64,000 bases of DNA from Candidatus Marinacidobacterium sp. (GTDB lineage Bacteria > Acidobacteriota > Vicinamibacteria > Marinacidobacterales > Marinacidobacteraceae), in assembly GCA_965220965.1 (NCBI GenBank), contig OZ244852.1, positions 2,112,001-2,176,000 on the forward strand. The letters run 5' to 3'. Under the pieces are notes generated by a model. That model did not search any database. It was not told the origin of the DNA and saw nothing but the letters and a program-made list of their open reading frames with translations. A program made the translations under genes and the position numbers. This document shows positions 7,201-16,295 of this stretch, one piece after another. Within the stretch, counting starts at the first letter, position 1; the number at the start of each line of letters is the position of its first letter.

Positions 7201-10098
7201 ATGAGAAAGACATTCCTCGCTTTCCTGCTCGTCGCGTTCGCCGTCCCGGCGCTCGCGCAGCAGCAGTACGGACGCCTCGAAGGCGCCGCGCGCGACGCGC
7301 AGGGGCTCGCCCTGCCCGGGGTGTCGGTCACCCTCTCGGGTGAAGCCATCATCGGGACCCGGAACGCCACCACCGACGTGGACGGCTCCTACCGGTTCCA
7401 GGCGCTCCCTCCGGGCGACTACCTGCTCCAGTTCGAGCTGAGCGGTTTCCAGACCGTGATCTTCGAGGACCTTCGGGTCGTCACCGGAGCGACCTTCTCG
7501 GTGGACGCCGACATGCAGCTCGCCACCGTCGCAGAGACGGTCACGGTGACCGGGGAGTCCCCGGTCGTGGACGTCAAGTCCACCGGCGTGGCGGCGACGT
7601 TCGACAAGACGCAGCTCGACGAGGTCCCGACGGCGACCGACATGTGGGCGGTGCTCCAGCAGAGTCCCGGCGTCCGCGTGCGCGGCTTCGACGTGGGCGG
7701 CTCGCACAAGAGCCAGCAGTCCATGTACGAGACGTTCGGCGTCCGCAGCCAGAACCGGGTGCTCTACGAGGGCGTGAACACGACCGAGGGCACCGGCTCC
7801 GCCGGCGGCTACTACGACTACTACGCGATGGAGGAGTTCCAGGTGTCGGCGCAGGGCGCGGACGTCGAGATGTCCACTCCCGGAGCGCAGATCCAGACCA
7901 CCGTGAAGAGCGGCGGTAACGAGTTCTCCGGTCTCGAGAGCGGGGCCTGGAACCCCGCCGACCTGATCGCCGAGAACATCGACAGCGCGCTGGAGGCCCG
8001 GGACGCGACTCCCTCACCCGTGCTCCAGTTCTACGAGTTCCACATCGACCTCGGCGGCCCGATCGTCCGCGACAAGGCGTGGTTCTACGGCGCGTACAAC
8101 AACTTCTACATCGACACGGTGATCTCCGGGCAGGACCCGTCGATCGCGACCGATGTGGGGGACTTCGACATCTTCACCGGCAAGGTGAACTACCAGGTCA
8201 CCGAGCGGGACCAGTTCATCGGGTTCTCGACGTGGTCCTGGAAGCGCAAGCCGAACCGGTCCCTGTCGGTCCAGATCCCGGCGGAGTCGGTGCTCGCGCA
8301 GGACTACTGGATCTGGCTCCACAAGGCCGAGTGGCAGCGCGTCTGGAGCGATCGCCTTTACAGCAACATCATGATCGGCCACATGGGCACGACCTGGCCG
8401 ATGGTGCCGAAGGCCGATCCGGTCAACGGGAACGAACCGCGGATCGATCTCTCCACGAACGTGCGCTCCGGCGCCGGGTGGCAGCCGTTCACCCGGAACC
8501 GCTGGAAGCCGCAGAGCACGGGTCAGTTCAACTACTACGTGCCGATCGGCAACACCAGCCACGACTTCAAGTTCGGTTGGGACTGGCAGATCGACTCAGA
8601 GCTCTCCGGGTGGAACACGAACTCGGGCGGCATCCGCTACCTCGATGACCCGGGCCAGGGGCGGCCACTGGACGTCCACCATGTCTTCCTCGCGGGAGTC
8701 CCGAACCTCGTGGACAACCGGAACACGCACATGGACTTCTTCGCGCAGGACGTCTGGACCGTCAACGACCGGCTGACGCTGATGGCGGGCTTCCGGGTCG
8801 GAAGCCAGATCCTGAGCTTCCTCGAGTCGGACAACTCGCCGGGTAGCGCCTGTCAGGATGTCCTCCAGTGCCAGTTCGAACTCCCGTCCGACCAGAGCCA
8901 GATTCTGGGGGATGTCTTCGGCGCCGGCGGAGTGACCCCGGGCGACACGGTGTTCACCCACTGGAACGTCGCGCCGCGCGTCGGTCTTACCTATGACCTC
9001 ACCGGCGAAGGCACGACGGTCTTCAAGACCTACTTCGGCCGCTACTACTCGAACGTCGGGACCGGGCTCGGTTCGGCGAACCCCGGCGGGCAGCCAAGCG
9101 CCCGCTACGAGTTCCTCGACCAGAACCAGAACGGGATCCTCGACAGTTCCGCGGAACTGGGACAGCAGCTCTCCTTTGTCGCCGGCGCCGGGTCGGGAAG
9201 CACGACGCCGATCGACCCGAACTGGTCGCTCCCCTGGGCCGACGAGCTCAGCGCTTCGCTGGAGCACGAGCTGACCGCCGACCTCGGAGCGCGCGCCTCC
9301 TACGTCTACAAGCGGATGCGGAACACCTGGAGCAACTACGACCAGGTCGACGCCCTGAACCGGAACACGCCGCTCACGATCCCAACGTGCGACGGATGCC
9401 CGGCGGGCTTCGAGCGTTCCTTCAACCTGCTGCTCTATCCGGAGAACCTCGTCGGACAGACCGAGAACCTGACGACGAACCATCCGGCTGGCGAGAGCGA
9501 CATGGACTTCCACACCGTTTCGCTCGCGCTGAACAAGCGGTTCCGGAACAACTTCTTCTACAACGTCTACTTCGACTACCAGTGGCGGTCCGAGCCCCGG
9601 AGCCCCGGCACCTCGGCGACGGCCTGGGACGCGACGAGCCCACTTTCGTCGGATCCCACCGCCCAGGGCTGGTTCATCGACTACGACCAGGACATCCCGA
9701 CGGTCCAGGACACCACGACTTACCAGTTGAAGGCGTCCGCCCGCTACGTCCTGCCGTATGAGATCGCCGTCGCAGGAACGTATCGCTACATCAGCGGCTG
9801 GAACTACGCCCCGATCCACCGGAACAGCGTCTACGACGGCCGCGTGACGGTGTATTCGTGGCTCGGCCTGATGAGCGAAAACCGCTCCGACAACGTGACG
9901 GTCGTCGACTTCCGGGCCGACAAGACCTTCGCGATGGGCGACACCATGAATCTCCAGGTCATGGTGGATCTGTTCAACGCGCTGAATGCGAACACGATCG
10001 TGAACTTCCAGTTGCTCGACTCCGTCCAGCCCTATCAACGGGTTGTCGAGTACCTCAAGGGACGAACCGTGGGGCTCTCGGCGAGGTTGACGTTCTGA
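7201..10098 (+). CDS. TonB-dependent receptor with carboxypeptidase regulatory-like N-terminal domain
   Basis: GGAGGG RBS, signal peptide, LPGVSVT, ETVTVTGESPVVD, KSGGNEF, APRVG motifs, C-terminal F. Confidence 0.9.
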   Translation: MRKTFLAFLLVAFAVPALAQQQYGRLEGAARDAQGLALPGVSVTLSGEAIIGTRNATTDVDGSYRFQALPPGDYLLQFELSGFQTVIFEDLRVVTGATFSVDADMQLATVAETVTVTGESPVVDVKSTGVAATFDKTQLDEVPTATDMWAVLQQSPGVRVRGFDVGGSHKSQQSMYETFGVRSQNRVLYEGVNTTEGTGSAGGYYDYYAMEEFQVSAQGADVEMSTPGAQIQTTVKSGGNEFSGLESGAWNPADLIAENIDSALEARDATPSPVLQFYEFHIDLGGPIVRDKAWFYGAYNNFYIDTVISGQDPSIATDVGDFDIFTGKVNYQVTERDQFIGFSTWSWKRKPNRSLSVQIPAESVLAQDYWIWLHKAEWQRVWSDRLYSNIMIGHMGTTWPMVPKADPVNGNEPRIDLSTNVRSGAGWQPFTRNRWKPQSTGQFNYYVPIGNTSHDFKFGWDWQIDSELSGWNTNSGGIRYLDDPGQGRPLDVHHVFLAGVPNLVDNRNTHMDFFAQDVWTVNDRLTLMAGFRVGSQILSFLESDNSPGSACQDVLQCQFELPSDQSQILGDVFGAGGVTPGDTVFTHWNVAPRVGLTYDLTGEGTTVFKTYFGRYYSNVGTGLGSANPGGQPSARYEFLDQNQNGILDSSAELGQQLSFVAGAGSGSTTPIDPNWSLPWADELSASLEHELTADLGARASYVYKRMRNTWSNYDQVDALNRNTPLTIPTCDGCPAGFERSFNLLLYPENLVGQTENLTTNHPAGESDMDFHTVSLALNKRFRNNFFYNVYFDYQWRSEPRSPGTSATAWDATSPLSSDPTAQGWFIDYDQDIPTVQDTTTYQLKASARYVLPYEIAVAGTYRYISGWNYAPIHRNSVYDGRVTVYSWLGLMSENRSDNVTVVDFRADKTFAMGDTMNLQVMVDLFNALNANTIVNFQLLDSVQPYQRVVEYLKGRTVGLSARLTF

Positions 10099-10123
10099 CC
10101 TTCTGAGAGCGGTCCCGAACCCC

Positions 10124-10167
10124 GCGGGCCCGTCGGTTCCTTCGGGAGCCGGCGGGCCCGTTTCCTT
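10124..10167 (+). terminator. Intrinsic terminator after the TonB-dependent receptor
   Basis: gcgggcccgtcggttcc-TTCG-ggagccggcgggcccgt followed by pyrimidines. Confidence 0.7.
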
Positions 10168-10196
10168 GTCAGGCAGCCGGCGGTATCGTTGAGCCG

Positions 10197-12116
10197 GTGG
10201 TCACCGTCGTCCGGAAGCTCGGACCTCTCGCCGGGCTGCTCCTGCTGAGCTGTGGAGGAGCATCGGAAGCGCCCGCGCCGACCGGGCCGCCCTCCTCCGC
10301 GCCTCCCCGCGCTCCGCTGCTTTCTCCAGACGCCGTGGTCGGCGCCGAGACCTGCGGCGCCTGCCACGCCGACATCACCGCCGCCCAGGCGGAGCACCCG
10401 ATGGCGCGGACGGCGGCCGTGGTCTCCCCGGCGTCGGCGGACCGCTGGTTCTCGGATGACATGCTCGCCCGGGCGTTCCACTGGCCGGAAGACCTCGGGT
10501 CACGCCCGGGGTACCAGATGGGCGCCGACGGCGTCCGCTTCACCGCGCCCGGCGCCGATCCTCCGGACGTCCCGGTGGACGCCGTCTTCGGCTCGGGGCT
10601 CCGCGGCCTGACGCCGGTCTCGTTCGCCCCGGAGGGCAGGCTGCGCGAACTCCGACTCTCGTTCTCGCGCGCCCGCGAAGGCTGGATCCCGACGCCCGGC
10701 GGGGAAGACGACCCCGACCCCTTCGGTGACCTCGACAGCCCGGAGGCCTCCGCCAACTGTCTCGGGTGTCACACCACGGCGCTGGCGTGGGACGCCGAGG
10801 GACGCTTCGACCCGCACCGCGCCGTCCTCGGCGTCTCGTGCGAGCGGTGCCACGGTCCGGGGGAGCCGCATCTCGCCGCGCAGTCCGCCGGGGAGAGCGG
10901 CGGCATCTTCCATCCCGGACGGCTCGCCCCGAGGGAGCAGGTCGCGTTCTGCGGCCAGTGCCACCGCCAGCCCACCGACTTCGAGCCGCAGACGATCCTC
11001 GCCCGCGACCCCGGCCTCGCCCGCCACGCCGGGGCGAGCCTCATGATGAGCGCCTGCTTCCGCGAGTCGCCCGCGGAGGCCGCCATCACCTGCAGCGAGT
11101 GCCACGATCCCCACCGACCGGATCCGGCCACTCCGGAGCGGACGCGAGGGGTCTGCCTGCGCTGCCACCAGACGCCGGAGAGCCTCCACCAGACGGGCGC
11201 CGTCCCGCCCGACGGAGGCGACTGCGCAAGCTGCCATCTCCCGACCGAACAGGACGCCTTCCACGGGACGCCGTTCACGGACCACTGGATCCGGAACCCC
11301 GAGGACGCCGCGCCGTCACCGGCGTCGGCAAGGGGCCGGAGCGACCTCGCCTGGCTCGAGACGCTCTACGAAGGGCGCGTCGTCGAGGAGAACCCGCCCG
11401 AGAAGGCGGCGCAGCTCCGCACCGGTCTCGCGGAGCTCCTCCACCTTCGGGGCGCGAGGGAGAGGTCCCGCGCGCTTCTCGCCGAAGCCGTCGCGCTGGG
11501 CCCTGCCTACGAGACCCGGGTGAAAGCTGGCGCCCTGTTCCGCGACGGAGGCGACGCCGCGAGCGCGCTCGCCGCCTTCCGCGCCGCCGCGGAGCAGCGC
11601 CCCGACAAGCCCCACGCGTTCTACGAGCTCGGCGACCTCCTGAGCGAAATGGGCGACTTCGCCGGCGCGGTCGCGCCCCTCACGACCGCCGCGCGCCTCA
11701 GCCCGGAGTCCGCCGGGGTACGCGCCGCTCTCGGAAGCGCGCTTCTCGGATCCGGCCGCCCGGAGGAGGCGGTCAGCGCGCTGGAAGCGGCGCTGGCCAT
11801 CGACCCGGATGAGCCAGCCGCCCTCGGACCGCTCGTGGCCGTCCTGGCCGCCCACCCGCGTCGCGACCTGCGCGATCCCGTTGAAGCCGTCCGGCTCGCC
11901 GAGCGGCTGGCTTCGCGATTCGGTTTCAGCGAGCCTCGCTCGCTCGACCTCCTGGGAGCGGCCTACGCCGCCGCCGGAGACTTCGCGAGCGCGGTCCGGG
12001 CGGCGGAGCGCGCCGCCGAACTCGCCAGTCCGGAGAACCCCGCCGACCAGGCGAGGATCCGGGACCGGCTCGCGCTCTACCGCTCCGGGCGAGCCTGGGT
12101 GGGGCCGATCCCGTAG
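10197..12116 (+). CDS. Multiheme c-type cytochrome (c554-like) fused to TPR domain, lipoprotein
   Basis: Seven CxxCH motifs (CGACH, CLGCH, CERCH, CGQCH, CSECH, CLRCH, CASCH), FTDHWI, C-terminal TPRs, lipobox LLSC. Confidence 0.85.
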   Translation: MVTVVRKLGPLAGLLLLSCGGASEAPAPTGPPSSAPPRAPLLSPDAVVGAETCGACHADITAAQAEHPMARTAAVVSPASADRWFSDDMLARAFHWPEDLGSRPGYQMGADGVRFTAPGADPPDVPVDAVFGSGLRGLTPVSFAPEGRLRELRLSFSRAREGWIPTPGGEDDPDPFGDLDSPEASANCLGCHTTALAWDAEGRFDPHRAVLGVSCERCHGPGEPHLAAQSAGESGGIFHPGRLAPREQVAFCGQCHRQPTDFEPQTILARDPGLARHAGASLMMSACFRESPAEAAITCSECHDPHRPDPATPERTRGVCLRCHQTPESLHQTGAVPPDGGDCASCHLPTEQDAFHGTPFTDHWIRNPEDAAPSPASARGRSDLAWLETLYEGRVVEENPPEKAAQLRTGLAELLHLRGARERSRALLAEAVALGPAYETRVKAGALFRDGGDAASALAAFRAAAEQRPDKPHAFYELGDLLSEMGDFAGAVAPLTTAARLSPESAGVRAALGSALLGSGRPEEAVSALEAALAIDPDEPAALGPLVAVLAAHPRRDLRDPVEAVRLAERLASRFGFSEPRSLDLLGAAYAAAGDFASAVRAAERAAELASPENPADQARIRDRLALYRSGRAWVGPIP

Positions 12117-12192
12117 CGACGCTCAGCGCCCGCCGGCGAGAACCGGCCGGCGCGGCCAGTCCCTCCGGGGCGATCACGCGCCGGCGGATGCG

Positions 12193-13254
12193 CTACTCGT
12201 GCGGGTGTTGGTGGTGCGCCGCCTGCTCGTAGTGCTCCCGCAGCAGGTCCCCGCCGAAGTCGTCGTTCAGGTCGCGCCACACCGAGTGGACGTGGTTCGC
12301 GTCGTTCTGGGTGTTGTCGTACTCGATGAGGAAGTCGGGGGAGTGAACGCGGTAGTAGTGGCGCGCGCCGACCTCCATGGGGCCCGCCCAGGCGAAGAAG
12401 AGCTCGTCGTCGGAGCCATCCGCGACGCGCTTCGTCCACCGGCTTGCCGCCTCTTCGTCCATGTTCCCGACGTACTCCTGGATCAGGCGGTCGAGCTGCG
12501 CGCGCTGGGCAGCGTTCAGCGCCGAGGCGGCAATCCCCTCGAAGGGGAGGGAGGCCTCCCGTTCGGCGCCGGTGATGATGTCGTCGTAGGCGTCGCTCGC
12601 GATCACCGCCGTCTTCCGCTGGTCGGCCGAGAGCATCGTGACGAGGGTCCGGGCGAGGTCCTCCTCCGCGCCCAGCACCCGCAGCCCCGCCTTGGGCCCC
12701 TCGCGCACTGTGGCCGGATTGGCGCCGAGGAAGGCGGGCCCAACGACGACTTCGCCGCCGCCGGGAGAAGAGACGTTGATCGAGAGGTGGTGCCCCTCGA
12801 ACCGCCACGCCCAGGGAGCCTCCGCCGACGGCGAACCGAAGATCGTCACGTAGTAGTCCTCGGGGTCGCGTCGCTCTTCGCGTCCCTCCATGATCCCGAG
12901 GACGCGCTCGAGTTCGATCACGGCGTTGGCCTTCAGGTAGCCCTGCGTACTGAGCGCCGCCTTGAGCAGGTGGTGGGCCGCGGTGCGCTGTTCGAGGGTC
13001 ATCGCCTTGAGCGGCATCCCGTTGCGCTGGCGCGGGACGAAGTGCCAGTTGTGGCGCTCCGCATCGTCGAGCCCATAGACCGCCCGGTCCCGGGACCCGT
13101 CGTCCAGCGTCGCGAGGAACCCCCGGGCGGCGCCCGCCACCCGGTCAGCCGAACCCGAGACCGCGGCGACCACGACGCCGCCCAGCGCCGAAGCAGCGAC
13201 AACCAGCAGGACGAACCCGGCGACCCCGCGCCGGGATGAAGTCGATCTCCTCAT
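12193..13254 (-). CDS. DUF3500 domain protein
   Basis: WRFEGHHLS, IEYDNTQNDANHVHSVWRD motifs; signal peptide. Confidence 0.85.
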   Translation of the reverse strand: MRRSTSSRRGVAGFVLLVVAASALGGVVVAAVSGSADRVAGAARGFLATLDDGSRDRAVYGLDDAERHNWHFVPRQRNGMPLKAMTLEQRTAAHHLLKAALSTQGYLKANAVIELERVLGIMEGREERRDPEDYYVTIFGSPSAEAPWAWRFEGHHLSINVSSPGGGEVVVGPAFLGANPATVREGPKAGLRVLGAEEDLARTLVTMLSADQRKTAVIASDAYDDIITGAEREASLPFEGIAASALNAAQRAQLDRLIQEYVGNMDEEAASRWTKRVADGSDDELFFAWAGPMEVGARHYYRVHSPDFLIEYDNTQNDANHVHSVWRDLNDDFGGDLLREHYEQAAHHQHPHE

Positions 13255-13429
13255 GATGCGTCTCCTCGATCGGGGTTGTGATCGGTGGCGGAACCGCCAC
13301 GACCGCCAACCCTACCGGAACCGCGGGTCGCTCGGTCGGACCGCAAGACCGTGACCAACAGGCGCTCCCCGACGAAGTTCAGGTCCCGTTGAAGGAAATG
13401 GCGACTTCGGGAGTAGTACCTTGGTAGAG

Positions 13430-14158
13430 ATGATCGTGATCGCGTTCTTCATTCCGGCGCTCGTCATCGCGCTGTCGGTTCCGCTGATCCTGGGCAAGAT
13501 CCCGCCCAACAACGCCTACGGGTTGCGGACCACACGGACCCTGGACTCTCCCGAGATCTGGTATCCGGCCAACCGGGCCGCGGGGTGGTTCATGTCGGGC
13601 GCCGGCGTTCTGATCATCGCCGTCAGCCTGGGCCTCCTTGGGCTCGCCCCCGAGTGGACTACGACGCGGATCGGTTCCGGCGCGTGGGTGGTGTACGCCA
13701 ACGCCATCCCGCTGGGGATCGCCATCGCGGCGTCCTTCCTCTATCTCAGGCGGCTGGGCGCGCGCGAGGCTGCGGACCCCTCCGACTCCGCCGCCGGGGG
13801 CGCGTCCGAGGGGCAGACCTCCCGGAGCGGGATGCAGCTCGCGGTCCCCTTCCTGGTCCCGGCCCTTATGCTGCCGCTGGCGATCCTCCTGATCGTGGGC
13901 GCGGTCCCGCTCAACGAGACGGTCGGCTTTCGGACGGCGGCGACGCTGGCGGATCCCGACGTCTGGTTCCCGGCGAACCGCGCGGCGGGGTGGTTCTTGC
14001 TGATTGCGGCCGCGCTGTCCATCGGCCTCAGCCTGACCGTGCTGCGCCGCTTCCCGCAGTGGTCCGCGAGCCGGAAGTTCTCGTGGATGTTGGGCGGCGG
14101 CCTGGTCCTGCCCCTGATGGCCGCCCTCGGATCCTTCCTCTTCCTCGCCCGGCTCTGA
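13430..14158 (+). CDS. SdpI-family immunity membrane protein with two tandem domains
   Basis: PPNxxYGLRTxxTLxxPExWYPANRAAG motif present twice. Confidence 0.8.
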   Translation: MIVIAFFIPALVIALSVPLILGKIPPNNAYGLRTTRTLDSPEIWYPANRAAGWFMSGAGVLIIAVSLGLLGLAPEWTTTRIGSGAWVVYANAIPLGIAIAASFLYLRRLGAREAADPSDSAAGGASEGQTSRSGMQLAVPFLVPALMLPLAILLIVGAVPLNETVGFRTAATLADPDVWFPANRAAGWFLLIAAALSIGLSLTVLRRFPQWSASRKFSWMLGGGLVLPLMAALGSFLFLARL

Positions 14159-14335
14159 GACGCGCGCGGCGCGGTGAGGGGCCTGCGCCCCTGACGGGCG
14201 ACCCCGGTCGGCGGCGCGCTCGAGGCGACAGGTACACTCTTTCGAAGGCCGCGAGCGACTCCTGAATCGTCCGGACTTCCCCGGCGAACGGTCGCCAGCG
14301 CGGCGCCATGGACCCTTTTCCGGGAGCGACAGACG

Positions 14336-15454
14336 ATGACCAGACTGAGAGCCCTTCTCGCCGTGAGCGGCCTCGCCGCCCTGCTGATCGGGTGCGGCGC
14401 CCCGCCCGCCACGGAAGACGCGGCCGCCGCAGGCAACCCGGACTTCGTGGTCCGGGATCTCCCGAACCCGAATCCGGTCGTCATCACCCAGTGGGCCGAC
14501 CTCCCTGACGGGCGGACCTGGGGTTCGACGGCTGGCGTTGACATCGGGCCGGACGGCCACGTGTGGGTCTACGACCGCTGCGGAGCGAACGCGCTGGCCG
14601 GCGGCTGCGAAGAGAACCCGGACGTGAACCCGGTCCTGAAGTACGACCGGCACACCGGCGAGGTTCTCGCCGAGTTCGGCGCGGGCCTCTTCGTGCTTCC
14701 CCACGGTCTCCATGTGGACGATGACGGGAACGTCTGGGTAACCGACTCCCAGGGCAACAAGTCCGGCACCAAGGGCCACCAGGTCATCAAGTTCACCCCC
14801 GAGGGGGAGATCCTCATGCGGCTCGGCGTCGCCGGGCAGCCCGGAACCGGTCCCGGGCAGCTCTACGAGCCGTGCGACGTGATCACCGCGCCGAACGGGG
14901 ACATCTTCGTCTCCGACGGCCACAGCGGCCAGAACCCGGATCCTCCCGAGGACCGCACCGGGCGCATCCTGAAGTACGACAGCGAAGGCAACTTCATCAT
15001 GGAGTGGGGCGTCATCGGGTTCCGGCCGGGCCAGTTCCGCACCCCGCACGCGCTGGAGATGGACTCCCAGGGGCGGCTGTTCGTCGCGGACCGCGGCAAC
15101 CACCGCATCCAGATCTTCGACCAGGACGGGAACCTCCTCGACATCTATTACCAGCAGGGGCGGATCAGCGGGATGTACATCACCGACGACGACATGCTCT
15201 ACACGATCGACTCCGAATCCACCCCCACGAACCACTACGGCTGGCTCAACGGTGTCCGCATCGGCCCCGCGGGCGAGGACGCGGTGACCGCCTTCATCCC
15301 ACCCCACTACCCCACCGAGGGACGAGTCCTCCAGGGCCTCGCGGGCGAGGGGGTCGCGGTGGACGCGGACGGCAACGTCTTCGTGGCCGAGGGGCCGGCG
15401 TCCCGGCCCTTCGCCGGAGGCGGCCTCACCAAGTACGAGCGCGCCCAGGACTGA
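14336..15454 (+). CDS. NHL-repeat lipoprotein, peptidyl-alpha-hydroxyglycine alpha-amidating lyase family
   Basis: PHGLHVD, FVADRGNHRIQIFD; lipobox LIGC. Confidence 0.85.
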   Translation: MTRLRALLAVSGLAALLIGCGAPPATEDAAAAGNPDFVVRDLPNPNPVVITQWADLPDGRTWGSTAGVDIGPDGHVWVYDRCGANALAGGCEENPDVNPVLKYDRHTGEVLAEFGAGLFVLPHGLHVDDDGNVWVTDSQGNKSGTKGHQVIKFTPEGEILMRLGVAGQPGTGPGQLYEPCDVITAPNGDIFVSDGHSGQNPDPPEDRTGRILKYDSEGNFIMEWGVIGFRPGQFRTPHALEMDSQGRLFVADRGNHRIQIFDQDGNLLDIYYQQGRISGMYITDDDMLYTIDSESTPTNHYGWLNGVRIGPAGEDAVTAFIPPHYPTEGRVLQGLAGEGVAVDADGNVFVAEGPASRPFAGGGLTKYERAQD

Positions 15455-15840
15455 CGCCGGAGACGAGCCGAACGATGGCGATCCCCCCCGGCGAACCCGA
15501 CCGGGGGAAGAGGGGGCGGCGTCGGGCCCGAGCCGGGCGGACCGCGACCCGCCGGCGTCCTCCTGCGGACAGCCGGCGGACCGGGCGCCGACCGCCCGCC
15601 GAGGTCGAATCATCGAGCAATACCTCGATGAGCTCGAGCGGCTGGGGATCGACTCCCCCCCGGCCGTCGAAGGGCCGTTCCGGCCCGGCCCGGTGACTCG
15701 CCGGCCGGGAGGGCTTCGACGGTTCCTCGACAAGCGGGCGGAGTAAGGGCCGGCTCGACCAGTTCTTCCTGTTCCGCTCCGTCACTCCCGGCGACGGGGT
15801 GCGGAGCCGTATTGATTCAGGGTGATGCGATGATCCATCC

Positions 15841-16104
15841 CTTCGGCTCACGCTCAGGGTCGCCGAGAATGTCCTGCTGGAACTGAAGCGGCGCGCCCGC
15901 GAACGGAAACTCTCGCTCAGCGAGGTCGCGAAGGAGTCGCTGCGGGCCGGCCTCGCCCAGGGAGTCCGCGCCGGAAGTCCGCGCCCCTACCGCCAGCGGG
16001 TCTTCGACCTTGGCGAACCGCTGGTCGACCTCGACCATCCGCTCCGTCTCGTCGCAGATCTCGAGGACGAAGCGGCGGCGACGAACCTCAACGACGGAAC
16101 CTGA
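15841..16104 (+). pseudogene. Orphan VapB-like ribbon-helix-helix antitoxin lacking a start codon
   Basis: Not in the ORF track; reads LRLTLRVAENVLLELKRRARERKLSLSEVAKESLRAGL...YRQRVFDLGEPLVDLDHPLRLVADLEDE; no PIN gene follows. Confidence 0.6.
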
Positions 16105-16239
16105 CCGTCGGTCGATCCGGAGACTCGCGTCCGTCAGGTAGCCGAACTCTGGGAGTGAGGCGCTCCGGCGACTCTCACAGAACCGCGCGGTCTGGCCCTT
16201 ACGGCCTCACACGGATCAAAAGAGACCCCGAACAGGCGG

Positions 16240-16271
16240 AAGGCCCGCCGCCCCGAAGGGCGACGGGCCTT
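16240..16271 (-). terminator. Hairpin terminator after the second TonB-dependent receptor
   Basis: aaggcccgtcgccc-TTCG-gggcggcgggcctt on the minus strand. Confidence 0.6.
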
Positions 16272-16295
16272 GGTTTGCCCTGGGATTCGGGATCC

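Noticed and set aside
15455-15820. Intergenic stretch as a gene remnant or integron attC site
   Set aside because: No GTTRRRY/RYYYAAC-bounded structure or recognisable protein motif found
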